Positions 10,099-18,355 are shown, counted from the stretch's first letter. The stretch: 24,291 nucleotides of DNA from a virus (IMGVR_UViG_3300034411_000126:1-24291); one strand, 5' to 3'. Numbers and translations: made by a program. The notes: generated by a model not told the origin, from the letters alone.

Positions 10099-12959
10099 CA
10101 ATTAGCACAACGAACATCACCAAGTCATATAATGGCAATGGATCTACGCATTCATTTGCGTATGACTTCCCTATATTCGCTGATGCCGATTTAACGGTCA
10201 TTGTGCGCTCAGCGGCTGGCACTGAAACAACAAAGACCCTCAACACCCATTATGTTGTTACCGGCGCTGGCGCGTCTTCTGGCGGCACAGTCTTGTTTAA
10301 GTTCAATACCGGCACCAGCTCTGACGCGCATTATTCTTTAACAGACCAGCGCCCGGCTAGCGGCGAGACTGTTGTTATCAGATCAGAACTAAGTAACACG
10401 CAAACGCTTGACCTTGTGGCTAACGATCCATTCCCGGCTTCAAGCTTTGAAGCAGCGCTTGATCGTTTAGTGCGGATGGTTCAGCAACACGATGAAGAGC
10501 TAGACCGCTCTATCAAGCTGTCACGCACAAACACAATGACAAGCACTGAGTTTACAAACAGTGCAACAGACCGGGCATCTAAAATTCTAGCATTCGACAG
10601 CTCTGGTGAGCTGAGCGTTACGACTGAGCTTGGTACATTCAAAGGCAATTGGGCAGCGTCAACGACATATGCTTTGCGTGACATCGTCAAAGACACAAGC
10701 ACCAACAATATATTCATAGCCACGACAGCGCATACTAGCTCTGGCTCTCAGCCGCTAACGACTAACACCGACAGCGCGAAATGGTCGCTGCTTGTTGATG
10801 CTTCATCTGCAACGACAAGCCAGACTGCCGCTGCAACCAGCGCAAGCACAGCGTCTGACCACAGAGCTGACGCCGCCAAGTATGCAGTCACAGCGCACAA
10901 TTCAACATTTAGTCTATCGTCTACCAACTCTGGCACTAGCGGTTTGTATTCTGCGTTGCACTACGCCACAGAATCGGCTGCAAGCGCCTCAACAGCAACA
11001 ACAAAAGCATCTGAAGCAACAACCGCAAAAACAGCCGCTGAGACAGCGCTGGATACTTTTGATGATCGGTTCCTTGGCGCGAAAGGCTCAGATCCAAGTG
11101 CAGACAATGACGGCAATGCTTTGCTGACATCAGCTCTTTATTGGAACAACAGCGATGGTTTAAAGGTTTACAATGGTTCAGCTTGGGAGCTGGTCAAACC
11201 ATCATCAAGTGAGCAAACCAACATCAATACTTTGGCCGGTATCAGCAGCGATGTGACAACGCTGTCTAACGCGCTGTCTGCGACAACCACTTATACGGTC
11301 ACTGTTGCCAGTGTTGGCGGCTCAAATGTGTTTGTGCTGGATGGTTCTAATAACCCGACAATTCAGCTTGATCGTGGCAACACATATATCTTTGACCAAT
11401 CAGACGCAAGCAACTCAGGTCATACTTTAGCGTTTAAGAATGGCAGTAGTAGCTATACAACTGGCGTAACAACTACTGGTACGGCTGGGCAAGCTGGAGC
11501 CAAAACAACGATTATTGTAGATGCTGGTGCGCCATCTAGCGGGTTACTCTACTATTGTGTTGCTCATGGTAATGCGATGGGTAATAGCATCACTACTGTT
11601 ACAAACAATTTTTCTGTTGTTGCTTCCAATATAGGAAACATTAATACAGTAGCTGGAGCCAATACCAATATCGGATCTGTTGCTGGATCAATAGCAAATG
11701 TAAATACGGTGGCCGGTACGCTAACCGCTGTTAATTCTTTTAATGATTTGTTCACGGCTGGTTCATCCGCGCCATCATCGCCTAGTGCTGGTGATCTTTG
11801 GTATGATACGACAAACAGTCAGCTCAAAGTTTATGTGGGATCGGCATTTCAAATAGCTGGTGCATATCTTCAAGGCTTAACCACAACGCATGTTTTTACA
11901 GCAACAGGCAGTCAGACAACCTTTACGACTGACGATGCCAGCCAAACTATGTCTATTCATGCTAATGGCAATACGCTTGTCTTTAAAAATGGTATTCGTT
12001 TGGTCGAGGGTTCCAACAGTTCAACAAACGACTATCATATTAGTGGCAACAATGTAGTTCTTAATGCTGGTGCTACGGCTGGTGACATACTCTATGTTGA
12101 GGTGTTTACAAAGATAAGCACGACACAAGAAGCTTCTTTGGACGCTCTTGTCGCAACAGCAACAACACAAGCTAATACCGCAACAACCCAAGCTTCAACT
12201 GCAACAACTCAGGCAACCGCAGCAACAACGGCAAAGACCGCTGCCGAAACAGCGCAGACTGCTAGTGAAACTGCGAAGACCGCATCGGAAACAGCGAAGA
12301 CCGCATCGGAAACAGCACAGGCAGCGGCTGAAGCTGCACTTGATAGTTTTGATGACAGATACCTTGGTGCAAAGTCATCGGCTCCATCTACGGACAATGA
12401 CGGTAATGCGCTTCAGACTGGCGCGATTTACTGGAACAGCACCAGTAGCACACTTCAAGTTTGGGATGGGTCTTCATTTCAGCAAGGTGCATTCACGGCT
12501 GGCAGCTTACTCGCTAATGTAGTCGAGGACACAACTCCTGTTCTTGGGGGATCGCTTGATGTTGGAACGAATAGTATTGTTTCTGTCAGCAACCGCAATA
12601 TTGCTATCACTCCAAATGGTAGTGGCTCTGTGGTTCTTGATGGATTGAACTATCCGCAAGCAGATGGTTCAAATGGTCAGTTCTTAAAAACTAATGGATC
12701 AGGTCAGTTGTCTTTTGGCACAGTGTCAACGCCTAGCTTGTCTAGTCTTGGCATAGCTAATCACAATAATTTATCAGTCGATGGCAGTGGCAATGTTGCG
12801 CTTGGCGCAAGCAGCGTATCATTTGGCACAAGCAAATGGGCAATTGTACTAGACGGTAATGATTTAGATTTTCAATACAACGGCAGCACTGTTTTCAAGC
12901 TGGCCTCAAGCGGGGCTGTAACGAGTGCTGATAATATCACAGCTTATGGGAGTCCATAA
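10095..12959 (+). CDS. Mosaic tail fibre protein with T7 gp17-like N-terminal anchor
   Basis: N-terminus YNGNGSTHSFAYDFPIF...EAALDRLVRMVQQ, Ala/Thr coiled-coil repeats, two FDDR(F/Y)LGAK modules, a cupredoxin-like insert, a GQFLKTNGSGQLSF fibre motif and a C-terminal DNITAYGSP. Confidence 0.85.
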   Translation: MTISTTNITKSYNGNGSTHSFAYDFPIFADADLTVIVRSAAGTETTKTLNTHYVVTGAGASSGGTVLFKFNTGTSSDAHYSLTDQRPASGETVVIRSELSNTQTLDLVANDPFPASSFEAALDRLVRMVQQHDEELDRSIKLSRTNTMTSTEFTNSATDRASKILAFDSSGELSVTTELGTFKGNWAASTTYALRDIVKDTSTNNIFIATTAHTSSGSQPLTTNTDSAKWSLLVDASSATTSQTAAATSASTASDHRADAAKYAVTAHNSTFSLSSTNSGTSGLYSALHYATESAASASTATTKASEATTAKTAAETALDTFDDRFLGAKGSDPSADNDGNALLTSALYWNNSDGLKVYNGSAWELVKPSSSEQTNINTLAGISSDVTTLSNALSATTTYTVTVASVGGSNVFVLDGSNNPTIQLDRGNTYIFDQSDASNSGHTLAFKNGSSSYTTGVTTTGTAGQAGAKTTIIVDAGAPSSGLLYYCVAHGNAMGNSITTVTNNFSVVASNIGNINTVAGANTNIGSVAGSIANVNTVAGTLTAVNSFNDLFTAGSSAPSSPSAGDLWYDTTNSQLKVYVGSAFQIAGAYLQGLTTTHVFTATGSQTTFTTDDASQTMSIHANGNTLVFKNGIRLVEGSNSSTNDYHISGNNVVLNAGATAGDILYVEVFTKISTTQEASLDALVATATTQANTATTQASTATTQATAATTAKTAAETAQTASETAKTASETAKTASETAQAAAEAALDSFDDRYLGAKSSAPSTDNDGNALQTGAIYWNSTSSTLQVWDGSSFQQGAFTAGSLLANVVEDTTPVLGGSLDVGTNSIVSVSNRNIAITPNGSGSVVLDGLNYPQADGSNGQFLKTNGSGQLSFGTVSTPSLSSLGIANHNNLSVDGSGNVALGASSVSFGTSKWAIVLDGNDLDFQYNGSTVFKLASSGAVTSADNITAYGSP
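12273..12316 (+). repeat. Perfect 21-bp tandem repeat (GCGAAGACCGCATCGGAAACA x2) within a longer degenerate AKTASET heptad array
   Basis: Read directly. Degenerate heptads extend over about 12160-12340. Confidence 0.85.
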
Positions 12960-13192
12960 TGGCAACAACTAAAGCATTATTAATGGCTAATTTGATAGAC
13001 GCTAATGGTGATGTTCAAGCCTCAAACTTAGACAATGTTGCAGCATTTCCTACCGGCTGGTCTGCTGCATTAGATGGCTCTGACATGGTGTTTAGATATA
13101 CCTCTGGTGGTACAACTACTGAAGTATTTAAGATCACCACGGCTGGAGCTGTAATTGCAAAAGATAATGTAACAGCATTTGGAGCGCCATAA
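12959..13192 (+). CDS. Mini tail-fibre/adaptor protein paralogous to the fibre C-terminus
   Basis: 77 aa with TAATG overlaps on both sides. Its last ~44 aa align with the last ~40 aa of the fibre. Confidence 0.7.
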   Translation: MATTKALLMANLIDANGDVQASNLDNVAAFPTGWSAALDGSDMVFRYTSGGTTTEVFKITTAGAVIAKDNVTAFGAP

Positions 13193-14268
13193 TGGCTATA
13201 GCAGCATCAGGAGCAGTATCATTTAGTGATCTAAGGACTGAGTTTGTTGGTGGTTCGTCAGCAATTTCCATGAGCGATCTTTATCGTGGTGGCTCTAACA
13301 TTTTGACAAAAGCTGGTGATAACCCAGCGGTAAATATGGCAGCATCTGTGCCGACAAGTGGCACTATAGATGTGCAAGATTTTTACAGTACAGCCAAAGC
13401 TTTTAAAAATACTGTTAGCAGTTCAACAACCAATGTTGATGCTAATACTTTGTTTGGTGATGACTACGATGTTAACTATCCAAAAATTATAGACATAAAT
13501 TCTGGTGTTACTATTGGTGGGTCTGGTGATGAAGCTATCGACATCCCATCTGGATTAGCGTCAACGCTTACTATCAACAATGCCGGAACTGTCATTGGCT
13601 TTGGTGGTGCATCAGCCGGAGCAGCCGGTGGTTCTGCCATTAACTGTGCTTCATCAGGTGTGACTATTAATAACACAGGCCAGATTTCTGGTGGGGGCGG
13701 TGCTGGAAATGTAGGCGGTCAGGGCGGAAACGGCAGTTATTCTCAGACAACAGGCCCGTCTTATACTTCTAGTTATCATACTTGGTGGTATATAGATAAC
13801 TTTAGTCGTGTTCGTGTTTATTGGGGTGGGAGCGCACAAGGTAATATACTTTCATATACTGGCAGTGTTACGACTGTATCACATGGTGGCTACACTTACA
13901 CTAAAGGAACTTATGTTCAGAGTGTTTCTTGTGGTAACGATGATAACTGTGGAACTTACCGTATAAGCAGAACTGGAAGTGTATCAACAAGTGGTGGTGC
14001 TGGTGGCTCTTTTGGAGTAGGTGCTGGCTATAATCAATCAGCAACAAATGGAGGGAATGGTGCGGCTGGCGGCACAAGTGCTGGGGCTGGCGGTGCGGGA
14101 TCTAACGGTGCGGCTCTAGGAACAGCGGCATCTAATTCTACTGCTGGTGGTAACGGAAATGTTTCAAACGGAGCAGCCGCAAATGCTGGTGGTGCGGCTG
14201 GGGCGGCTGTATCAGGCACATCAATCACGATGAATAACACAGGCACTCTGCATGGAGTGGTTGCATGA
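13192..14268 (+). CDS. Glycine-rich receptor-binding adhesin (T-even gp38-like)
   Basis: N-terminal SGAVSFSDLRTEF...SDLYRGG...VPTSGTIDVQDFY domain, then LTINNAGTVIGFGG, GGSAIN and INNTGQISGGGGAG polyglycine motifs around an aromatic-rich segment. Confidence 0.75.
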   Translation: MAIAASGAVSFSDLRTEFVGGSSAISMSDLYRGGSNILTKAGDNPAVNMAASVPTSGTIDVQDFYSTAKAFKNTVSSSTTNVDANTLFGDDYDVNYPKIIDINSGVTIGGSGDEAIDIPSGLASTLTINNAGTVIGFGGASAGAAGGSAINCASSGVTINNTGQISGGGGAGNVGGQGGNGSYSQTTGPSYTSSYHTWWYIDNFSRVRVYWGGSAQGNILSYTGSVTTVSHGGYTYTKGTYVQSVSCGNDDNCGTYRISRTGSVSTSGGAGGSFGVGAGYNQSATNGGNGAAGGTSAGAGGAGSNGAALGTAASNSTAGGNGNVSNGAAANAGGAAGAAVSGTSITMNNTGTLHGVVA

Positions 14269-14822
14269 TTAAAGTTATTGATGATTTTTTACCTGATATG
14301 GTTTTTCAAACTATGCACGACATGATTCAATCAAACTATTTCCAATGGCAGTATGAACCAAAATCATCTAACGCAACTGTTGATGCTGACGATCACATGA
14401 TGTCATCTATGATGTATTCGTTTCGTGAAAAAGATTTAAATATCGATAGTTTCTGGCATATTTTTTTTCAAACACATCATCATCATGTTCCTTTTGAAAT
14501 ACCTATTCGTTTGAAAGCTAATTTGTATTTAAATAAAGGTAGAAAAATATCTCATTCATCTCATACCGATATTTTTAATCATAATTATTCTGATGGTGTT
14601 GAGCCAAATGTTGTTACTAGCGTTTTTAATTTTCACGATTGTAATGGTTCAACAAATATTACTAATTCAGATGGCACTGAAGAGATAGTTGATAGCAAGG
14701 CAAACAGAATAGTTTTTTTTGATAACGGGCCTCACTATGGCGTTACTCAAGATGATCAACCTATAAGAATAGTCTTAAACACAAATGTTTGGACAAAAAT
14801 TCCTGATGGATTGATGCAATGA
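14265..14822 (+). CDS. 2OG-Fe(II) oxygenase superfamily protein
   Basis: IKVIDDFLP start, HTD (HxD) motif, distal H in PHYG, NRIVFFD and RIVLNTN. Confidence 0.8.
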   Translation: MIKVIDDFLPDMVFQTMHDMIQSNYFQWQYEPKSSNATVDADDHMMSSMMYSFREKDLNIDSFWHIFFQTHHHHVPFEIPIRLKANLYLNKGRKISHSSHTDIFNHNYSDGVEPNVVTSVFNFHDCNGSTNITNSDGTEEIVDSKANRIVFFDNGPHYGVTQDDQPIRIVLNTNVWTKIPDGLMQ

Positions 14823-14962
14823 CGGCGGTTGAAAGATATGACATTTGCAAAGATTGTGAATTTTTTTGGTCTTATTTTAAGCAATGTAAATTATGCAAAT
14901 GTTTTATGCCTTTAAAAGTAAAACTCAAATCACCTAAGTGTCCATTAAGAAAGTGGGATTAA
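14819..14962 (+). CDS. 47-aa Cys-rich microprotein (DUF6171-like as recalled), putative metal binder
   Basis: Translated by hand: MTAVERYDICKDCEFFWSYFKQCKLCKCFMPLKVKLKSPKCPLRKWD. ATGA overlap with the oxygenase. Missing from the ORF track. Confidence 0.75.
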   Translation: MTAVERYDICKDCEFFWSYFKQCKLCKCFMPLKVKLKSPKCPLRKWD

Positions 14963-14963
14963 C

Positions 14964-15326
14964 ATGGCAAATTATACTGTAGAAAAAATAGAGAACGGAA
15001 TTGCTACGCTCCGTTATGCAGATGAAAGCTGGGCAGAAATAGTCTTGACTGAAACCATGACGGCTGAAGACCTTGATGATTTGGCTATGGATTTTGCTCC
15101 TAAGACTGGCAACGCTCCAAGCTTTATAAAAGCTGGTGAATCTAGAACGGCAGCAAAGAAAGCTGCTGAAGAAGCGGCAGAAGATAATAGACCAGCTTGG
15201 CTTTTGGCTCGTTTAGAAGCTTATGGTCAGCATGATGCCCAGCTTGAGTATATAACAGAGAACGGTTTGGATAAGTGGCAAGAGCATGTAGCTAAAATCA
15301 AAGCCGATAATCCAAAGCCTGATTGA
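14964..15326 (+). CDS. Putative tail-fibre-associated/assembly protein
   Basis: C-terminal R..AY....QL.......W...V..IK..NPKP motif common next to marine phage fibres. Confidence 0.6.
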   Translation: MANYTVEKIENGIATLRYADESWAEIVLTETMTAEDLDDLAMDFAPKTGNAPSFIKAGESRTAAKKAAEEAAEDNRPAWLLARLEAYGQHDAQLEYITENGLDKWQEHVAKIKADNPKPD

Positions 15327-15487
15327 TGAAACCTACAGCCGCATCAGTTCAGTCCCAGATCGACACGCACGAAGCTGTATGCGCTGAACGCTGGAAAGAA
15401 ACGATATTACGCATCAAGCGGCTGGAGCATATCCTTATTGGCCAAGCAGCCGCACTGATCTTGCTGCTTGTAGCTGACCGCATCTAA
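15326..15487 (+). CDS. 53-aa coiled-coil plus C-terminal TM protein (lysis-region membrane protein)
   Basis: Translated by hand: MKPTAASVQSQIDTHEAVCAERWKETILRIKRLEHILIGQAAALILLLVADRI. TGATG overlap with the upstream gene. Confidence 0.7.
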   Translation: MKPTAASVQSQIDTHEAVCAERWKETILRIKRLEHILIGQAAALILLLVADRI

Positions 15488-15501
15488 AACAGAGATAAAT
15501 C

Positions 15502-15999
15502 ATGGAGCCTATCACAACCGCTTTGGCGGCAATCAGTGCTGCGTCTGCCTCAATCAAATGGTGCAAGGAACGGCTCCAAGACTGTGAAGATTTAGGCACA
15601 GTGGCCGGGCATATTTCAAAGCTCTTACAGTCTGAGCAAGCTTTAAACAAAGATCAGTCTTCAAAAGGCTCTGTTGGCATTTCGCTGCAAAGCTCAATTG
15701 ATCATGTGATTGAGAAACGCAAAATCCGCGAAGCCCTTGCGGATGCCAAATTGATGATCAATATGCGCTTTGGGCCAACAACCTACGATGAGATCATTGC
15801 CCATTATAATAACGCCCAGCGTGAAGAGAAGGAGCGCATACAAGAAAAAAAGCGTGAAAAAATTCGTGCGTCTGCGGCTCTGGAAAAGACGCTTGAGACA
15901 ATCGCGCTATCGGCATTCGTTATCATTGTGATCGTTGGTTTTTGTTTGTTTATTTTTGCCGCTGTTAATAACTCTGGCGCAGAAGAAATAATATTATGA
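15502..15999 (+). CDS. Hypothetical membrane-anchored protein
   Basis: 165 aa, MEPITTALAA start, coiled coil, one C-terminal TM helix. Confidence 0.65.
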   Translation: MEPITTALAAISAASASIKWCKERLQDCEDLGTVAGHISKLLQSEQALNKDQSSKGSVGISLQSSIDHVIEKRKIREALADAKLMINMRFGPTTYDEIIAHYNNAQREEKERIQEKKREKIRASAALEKTLETIALSAFVIIVIVGFCLFIFAAVNNSGAEEIIL

Positions 16000-16337
16000 C
16001 GCAAAAGAAATTGCAAAAAGACAGTGCATATCAGCACCTAGATACAAACTCTGACAATGTCTTGTGTGACGATGAGATTGCTATGGCGCTGGAGTTCAAG
16101 CGCCGGGAGCTTGAGGACGCTGATGCCCGGCGAGACAGCATGCGTTACATGGCGTGGTTTTGTTTGTTTGGCACACTTAATTATCCGGCGGCTATATTAA
16201 TCACTGCGATGCTTGGCTATGACAACACAGCAAAATTAATCACTGAAATAGCGCCGACTTATTTCATCAGTAATAGCGCAGTGCTGGGCTTTTATTTTGG
16301 TGCAAACGCCTATGCTGACAAAAAGCCAAAAGAATAA
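15996..16337 (+). CDS. Holin-like 2-TM protein with EF-hand-like N-terminal loop
   Basis: DTNSDNVLCDDE loop, two hydrophobic helices, GFYFG motif and a basic tail. Confidence 0.55.
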   Translation: MTQKKLQKDSAYQHLDTNSDNVLCDDEIAMALEFKRRELEDADARRDSMRYMAWFCLFGTLNYPAAILITAMLGYDNTAKLITEIAPTYFISNSAVLGFYFGANAYADKKPKE

Positions 16338-16540
16338 TGTGGCAAGCTCTAGTGACGGCATGCTTTATCGCAAACATGGATCAGTGCGTAGTTCTCGAAT
16401 CACAACAGTGGTTTGAAAGCGAGGCGCGTTGCAAGGTCAGGGCATTGGAAATGGCTGGCGCTGTTAATAAGCATATGAAATCACATAAGCCGGTCAGATA
16501 TAAATGTAGGAAATTGGCAGGGGGAATGTTGACACAATGA
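16337..16540 (+). CDS. Small 4-Cys hypothetical protein
   Basis: 67 aa, coupled by TAATG and ATGA overlaps, hydrophobic N-terminus. Confidence 0.6.
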   Translation: MWQALVTACFIANMDQCVVLESQQWFESEARCKVRALEMAGAVNKHMKSHKPVRYKCRKLAGGMLTQ

Positions 16541-16917
16541 TACAAGCATTGATTGGGCCTATCGCTTCATTAGCCGGGTCATTCCTTGAGAACAAAGTCG
16601 AGCAATCGAAAGCCAAGGGCGCGGTTGCCAAGGCAGAGGCCGAAGCCAAGGCCAAGGTTCTAGTCTCCTCAGCGACAAGCGTGGCTGAGTGGGAAAAGAT
16701 CATGGCGCAGTCCACGCAAAATTCTTGGCGTGATGAGGCTGTCACAATAGTCGTGCTTGTGCCGGTGTGTTTGGTTTTTGTGCCGGGCATGGAAGATGTT
16801 GTGAAGGCTGGCTTTGACCGGCTGAACGAGCTGCCCGAATGGTATCAGTATCTGGTGTTTCTGGTTTGCACCAGCGCACTTGGCATCAAAGGCATAGACA
16901 AGTTTAGGAAAAAATAA
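16537..16917 (+). CDS. Putative holin (3TM/GTA-holin-like)
   Basis: SWRDE motif, TM segments, LPEWYQY and a basic C-terminus, directly upstream of the endolysin. Confidence 0.7.
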   Translation: MIQALIGPIASLAGSFLENKVEQSKAKGAVAKAEAEAKAKVLVSSATSVAEWEKIMAQSTQNSWRDEAVTIVVLVPVCLVFVPGMEDVVKAGFDRLNELPEWYQYLVFLVCTSALGIKGIDKFRKK

Positions 16918-17366
16918 TGCAGCTCTCTAGAAATTTTAGCCTTGCTGAAATGGTCAAGTCTCAAACCGCTGAGCGCAAAGGCATCCCGAACCAACCTAAT
17001 GATGAACAGATTGAATCAATGGTGATGCTTTGTGAAAACATATTGCAGCCGGTGCGTGAAGAGTTTGGATCGTTTCTGGTTTCATCAGGCTTTAGATCTC
17101 CTGAGCTTTGCATATCGATTGGCAGCAAAGTTACCAGCCAACATGCCAAAGGTGAGGCGGCAGACTTTGAGGTGGCCGGGTATGACAACCATGACCTTTG
17201 TGTCTGGATCCAAGACAACCTAGTGTTCGATCAGCTCATTTTAGAATGCTATACCGGCGAGATGAACAGCGGCTGGGTGCATTGCTCTTATGCAGCGACA
17301 GACAACCGGGCTGATGTCCTGACCTATGACAGAACGAATGGATATCGCAAAGGGCTGATCGCTTGA
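16917..17366 (+). CDS. Endolysin, peptidase M15A family
   Basis: LSRNFSLAE, SSGFRSPEL, SQH..GEAAD and WVH zinc-ligand motifs. Confidence 0.85.
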   Translation: MQLSRNFSLAEMVKSQTAERKGIPNQPNDEQIESMVMLCENILQPVREEFGSFLVSSGFRSPELCISIGSKVTSQHAKGEAADFEVAGYDNHDLCVWIQDNLVFDQLILECYTGEMNSGWVHCSYAATDNRADVLTYDRTNGYRKGLIA

Positions 17367-17635
17367 GCGCTGCATGGCAACGCAAAGAAGGCAAGTCCGA
17401 ATCTGGTGGATTGAATGCAGCGGGGCGCAGATCAGCAAAAGCGCAAGGCCATAACCTAAAGCCGCCGGTATCTAGCAAGATGGCAGCAAAGTCTGAGAAA
17501 GCTGGCAAACGCCGGGATAGCTTTTGCAATCGCATGACCGGCATGAAAAAGAAACTAACCAGCGCCAAGACGGCGCGAGATCCTGACAGTCGGATTAACA
17601 AAGCACTGAAGAAATGGGATTGCCCGAAAGGATAA
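17363..17635 (+). CDS. Small basic phage protein (DUF6321-like as recalled)
   Basis: AWQRKEGK...GGLN..GR...RRDSFCNRM...DPDSRINKALKKWDC. TTG start overlapping the endolysin stop. Confidence 0.7.
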   Translation: MSAAWQRKEGKSESGGLNAAGRRSAKAQGHNLKPPVSSKMAAKSEKAGKRRDSFCNRMTGMKKKLTSAKTARDPDSRINKALKKWDCPKG

Positions 17636-17638
17636 CTG

Positions 17639-17791
17639 ATGAGCCTCTATGCAAATATGAATAAGCGTAAAAAAGCTGGTAACAGCCGGTCAAAAGAAGA
17701 CAGCACAGTTGACCCGAAAACCTATAGCAAAATGAGTAGCAAGACTGGCGGCTTTGCGGAAAAGAAAAAGACAAAGAAGTCATACGCATAA
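17639..17791 (+). CDS. 50-aa Lys-rich microprotein
   Basis: Translated by hand: MSLYANMNKRKKAGNSRSKEDSTVDPKTYSKMSSKTGGFAEKKKTKKSYA. AGGA RBS upstream. Confidence 0.65.
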   Translation: MSLYANMNKRKKAGNSRSKEDSTVDPKTYSKMSSKTGGFAEKKKTKKSYA

Positions 17792-17792
17792 T

Positions 17793-17813
17793 TGGGGAGT
17801 AAATGGGGAGTAA
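17793..17813 (+). repeat. Left pair of putative integrase arm-type sites (TGGGGAGTAA x2)
   Basis: Exact 10-mers at 17793 and 17804, about 80 bp left of the att core. Confidence 0.75.
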
Positions 17814-17891
17814 ACCAGAGCGTATAGCAGCGTATTGGGCAAGTAATAACTGGCTTAAAACCTAAGAAAACAGCCTCCAACACCCCTAAAT

Positions 17892-17941
<50 letters not shown>

Positions 17942-17958
17942 GCCTATAAATTAAATTA

Positions 17959-17971
17959 AATCAATAGTTTA
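17959..17971 (+). promoter_or_regulatory. Putative IHF binding site in attP
   Basis: AATCAATAGTTTA matches WATCAANNNNTTR, with an AT-rich 5' flank, between the core and the right arm sites. Confidence 0.6.
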
Positions 17972-17974
17972 TTA

Positions 17975-18007
17975 GCCCTCGGCCTTAACTGGCCGGGGGC
18001 TTTTTTT
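17975..18007 (+). terminator. Rho-independent terminator (late operon and reconstituted tRNA)
   Basis: GCCCTCGGCC-TTAACT-GGCCGGGGGC followed by T7. Confidence 0.8.
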
Positions 18008-18012
18008 GCGTT

Positions 18013-18034
18013 TGGGGAGTAATTTGGGGAGTAA
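18013..18034 (+). repeat. Right pair of putative integrase arm-type sites (TGGGGAGTAA x2)
   Basis: Exact 10-mers at 18013 and 18025. Confidence 0.75.
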
Positions 18035-18047
18035 CTTGTTGCCATCC

Positions 18048-18071
18048 TTGACACAATATGTCATAACTGAT
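18048..18071 (+). promoter_or_regulatory. Operator O1 (TGACA-N5-TGTCA) overlapping a TTGACA -35 upstream of the integrase unit
   Basis: TTGACACAATATGTCATAACTGAT. The -10 element is unclear. Confidence 0.55.
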
Positions 18072-18100
18072 TCGTAAGGTATCAAACAAGGGAGCGTAAA

Positions 18101-18331
18101 ATGACTTATAAAGCTTATCATCAGGGTGCAAAAACAAAGGCTAAAAAAGTTGGCAATCATTGGTTAGTTGGCGGTGACTACGACACCAACAACGCTCTCA
18201 TTATGTTGCCTTGCAAAGACAACTGGTCTGGCTGGGGTTGGTATCAGTTGCGTGGTGCAGTTTTGAAATTTCAAGACAACGCTGTTGAAGAAGAGATTGC
18301 AGCAACTGTTGACGAATGGGTGGCGGCTTAA
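18101..18331 (+). CDS. Hypothetical Trp-rich protein
   Basis: 76 aa with a good GGGAG RBS, between attP and the integrase. Confidence 0.6.
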   Translation: MTYKAYHQGAKTKAKKVGNHWLVGGDYDTNNALIMLPCKDNWSGWGWYQLRGAVLKFQDNAVEEEIAATVDEWVAA

Positions 18332-18355
18332 CAGCCGCCCGGAAGGGAGCATAAA

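Noticed and set aside
10095-14268. Diversity-generating retroelement, as in BPP-1
   Set aside because: There is no reverse transcriptase in the window, and the fibre repeats differ at all base types rather than only at adenines.
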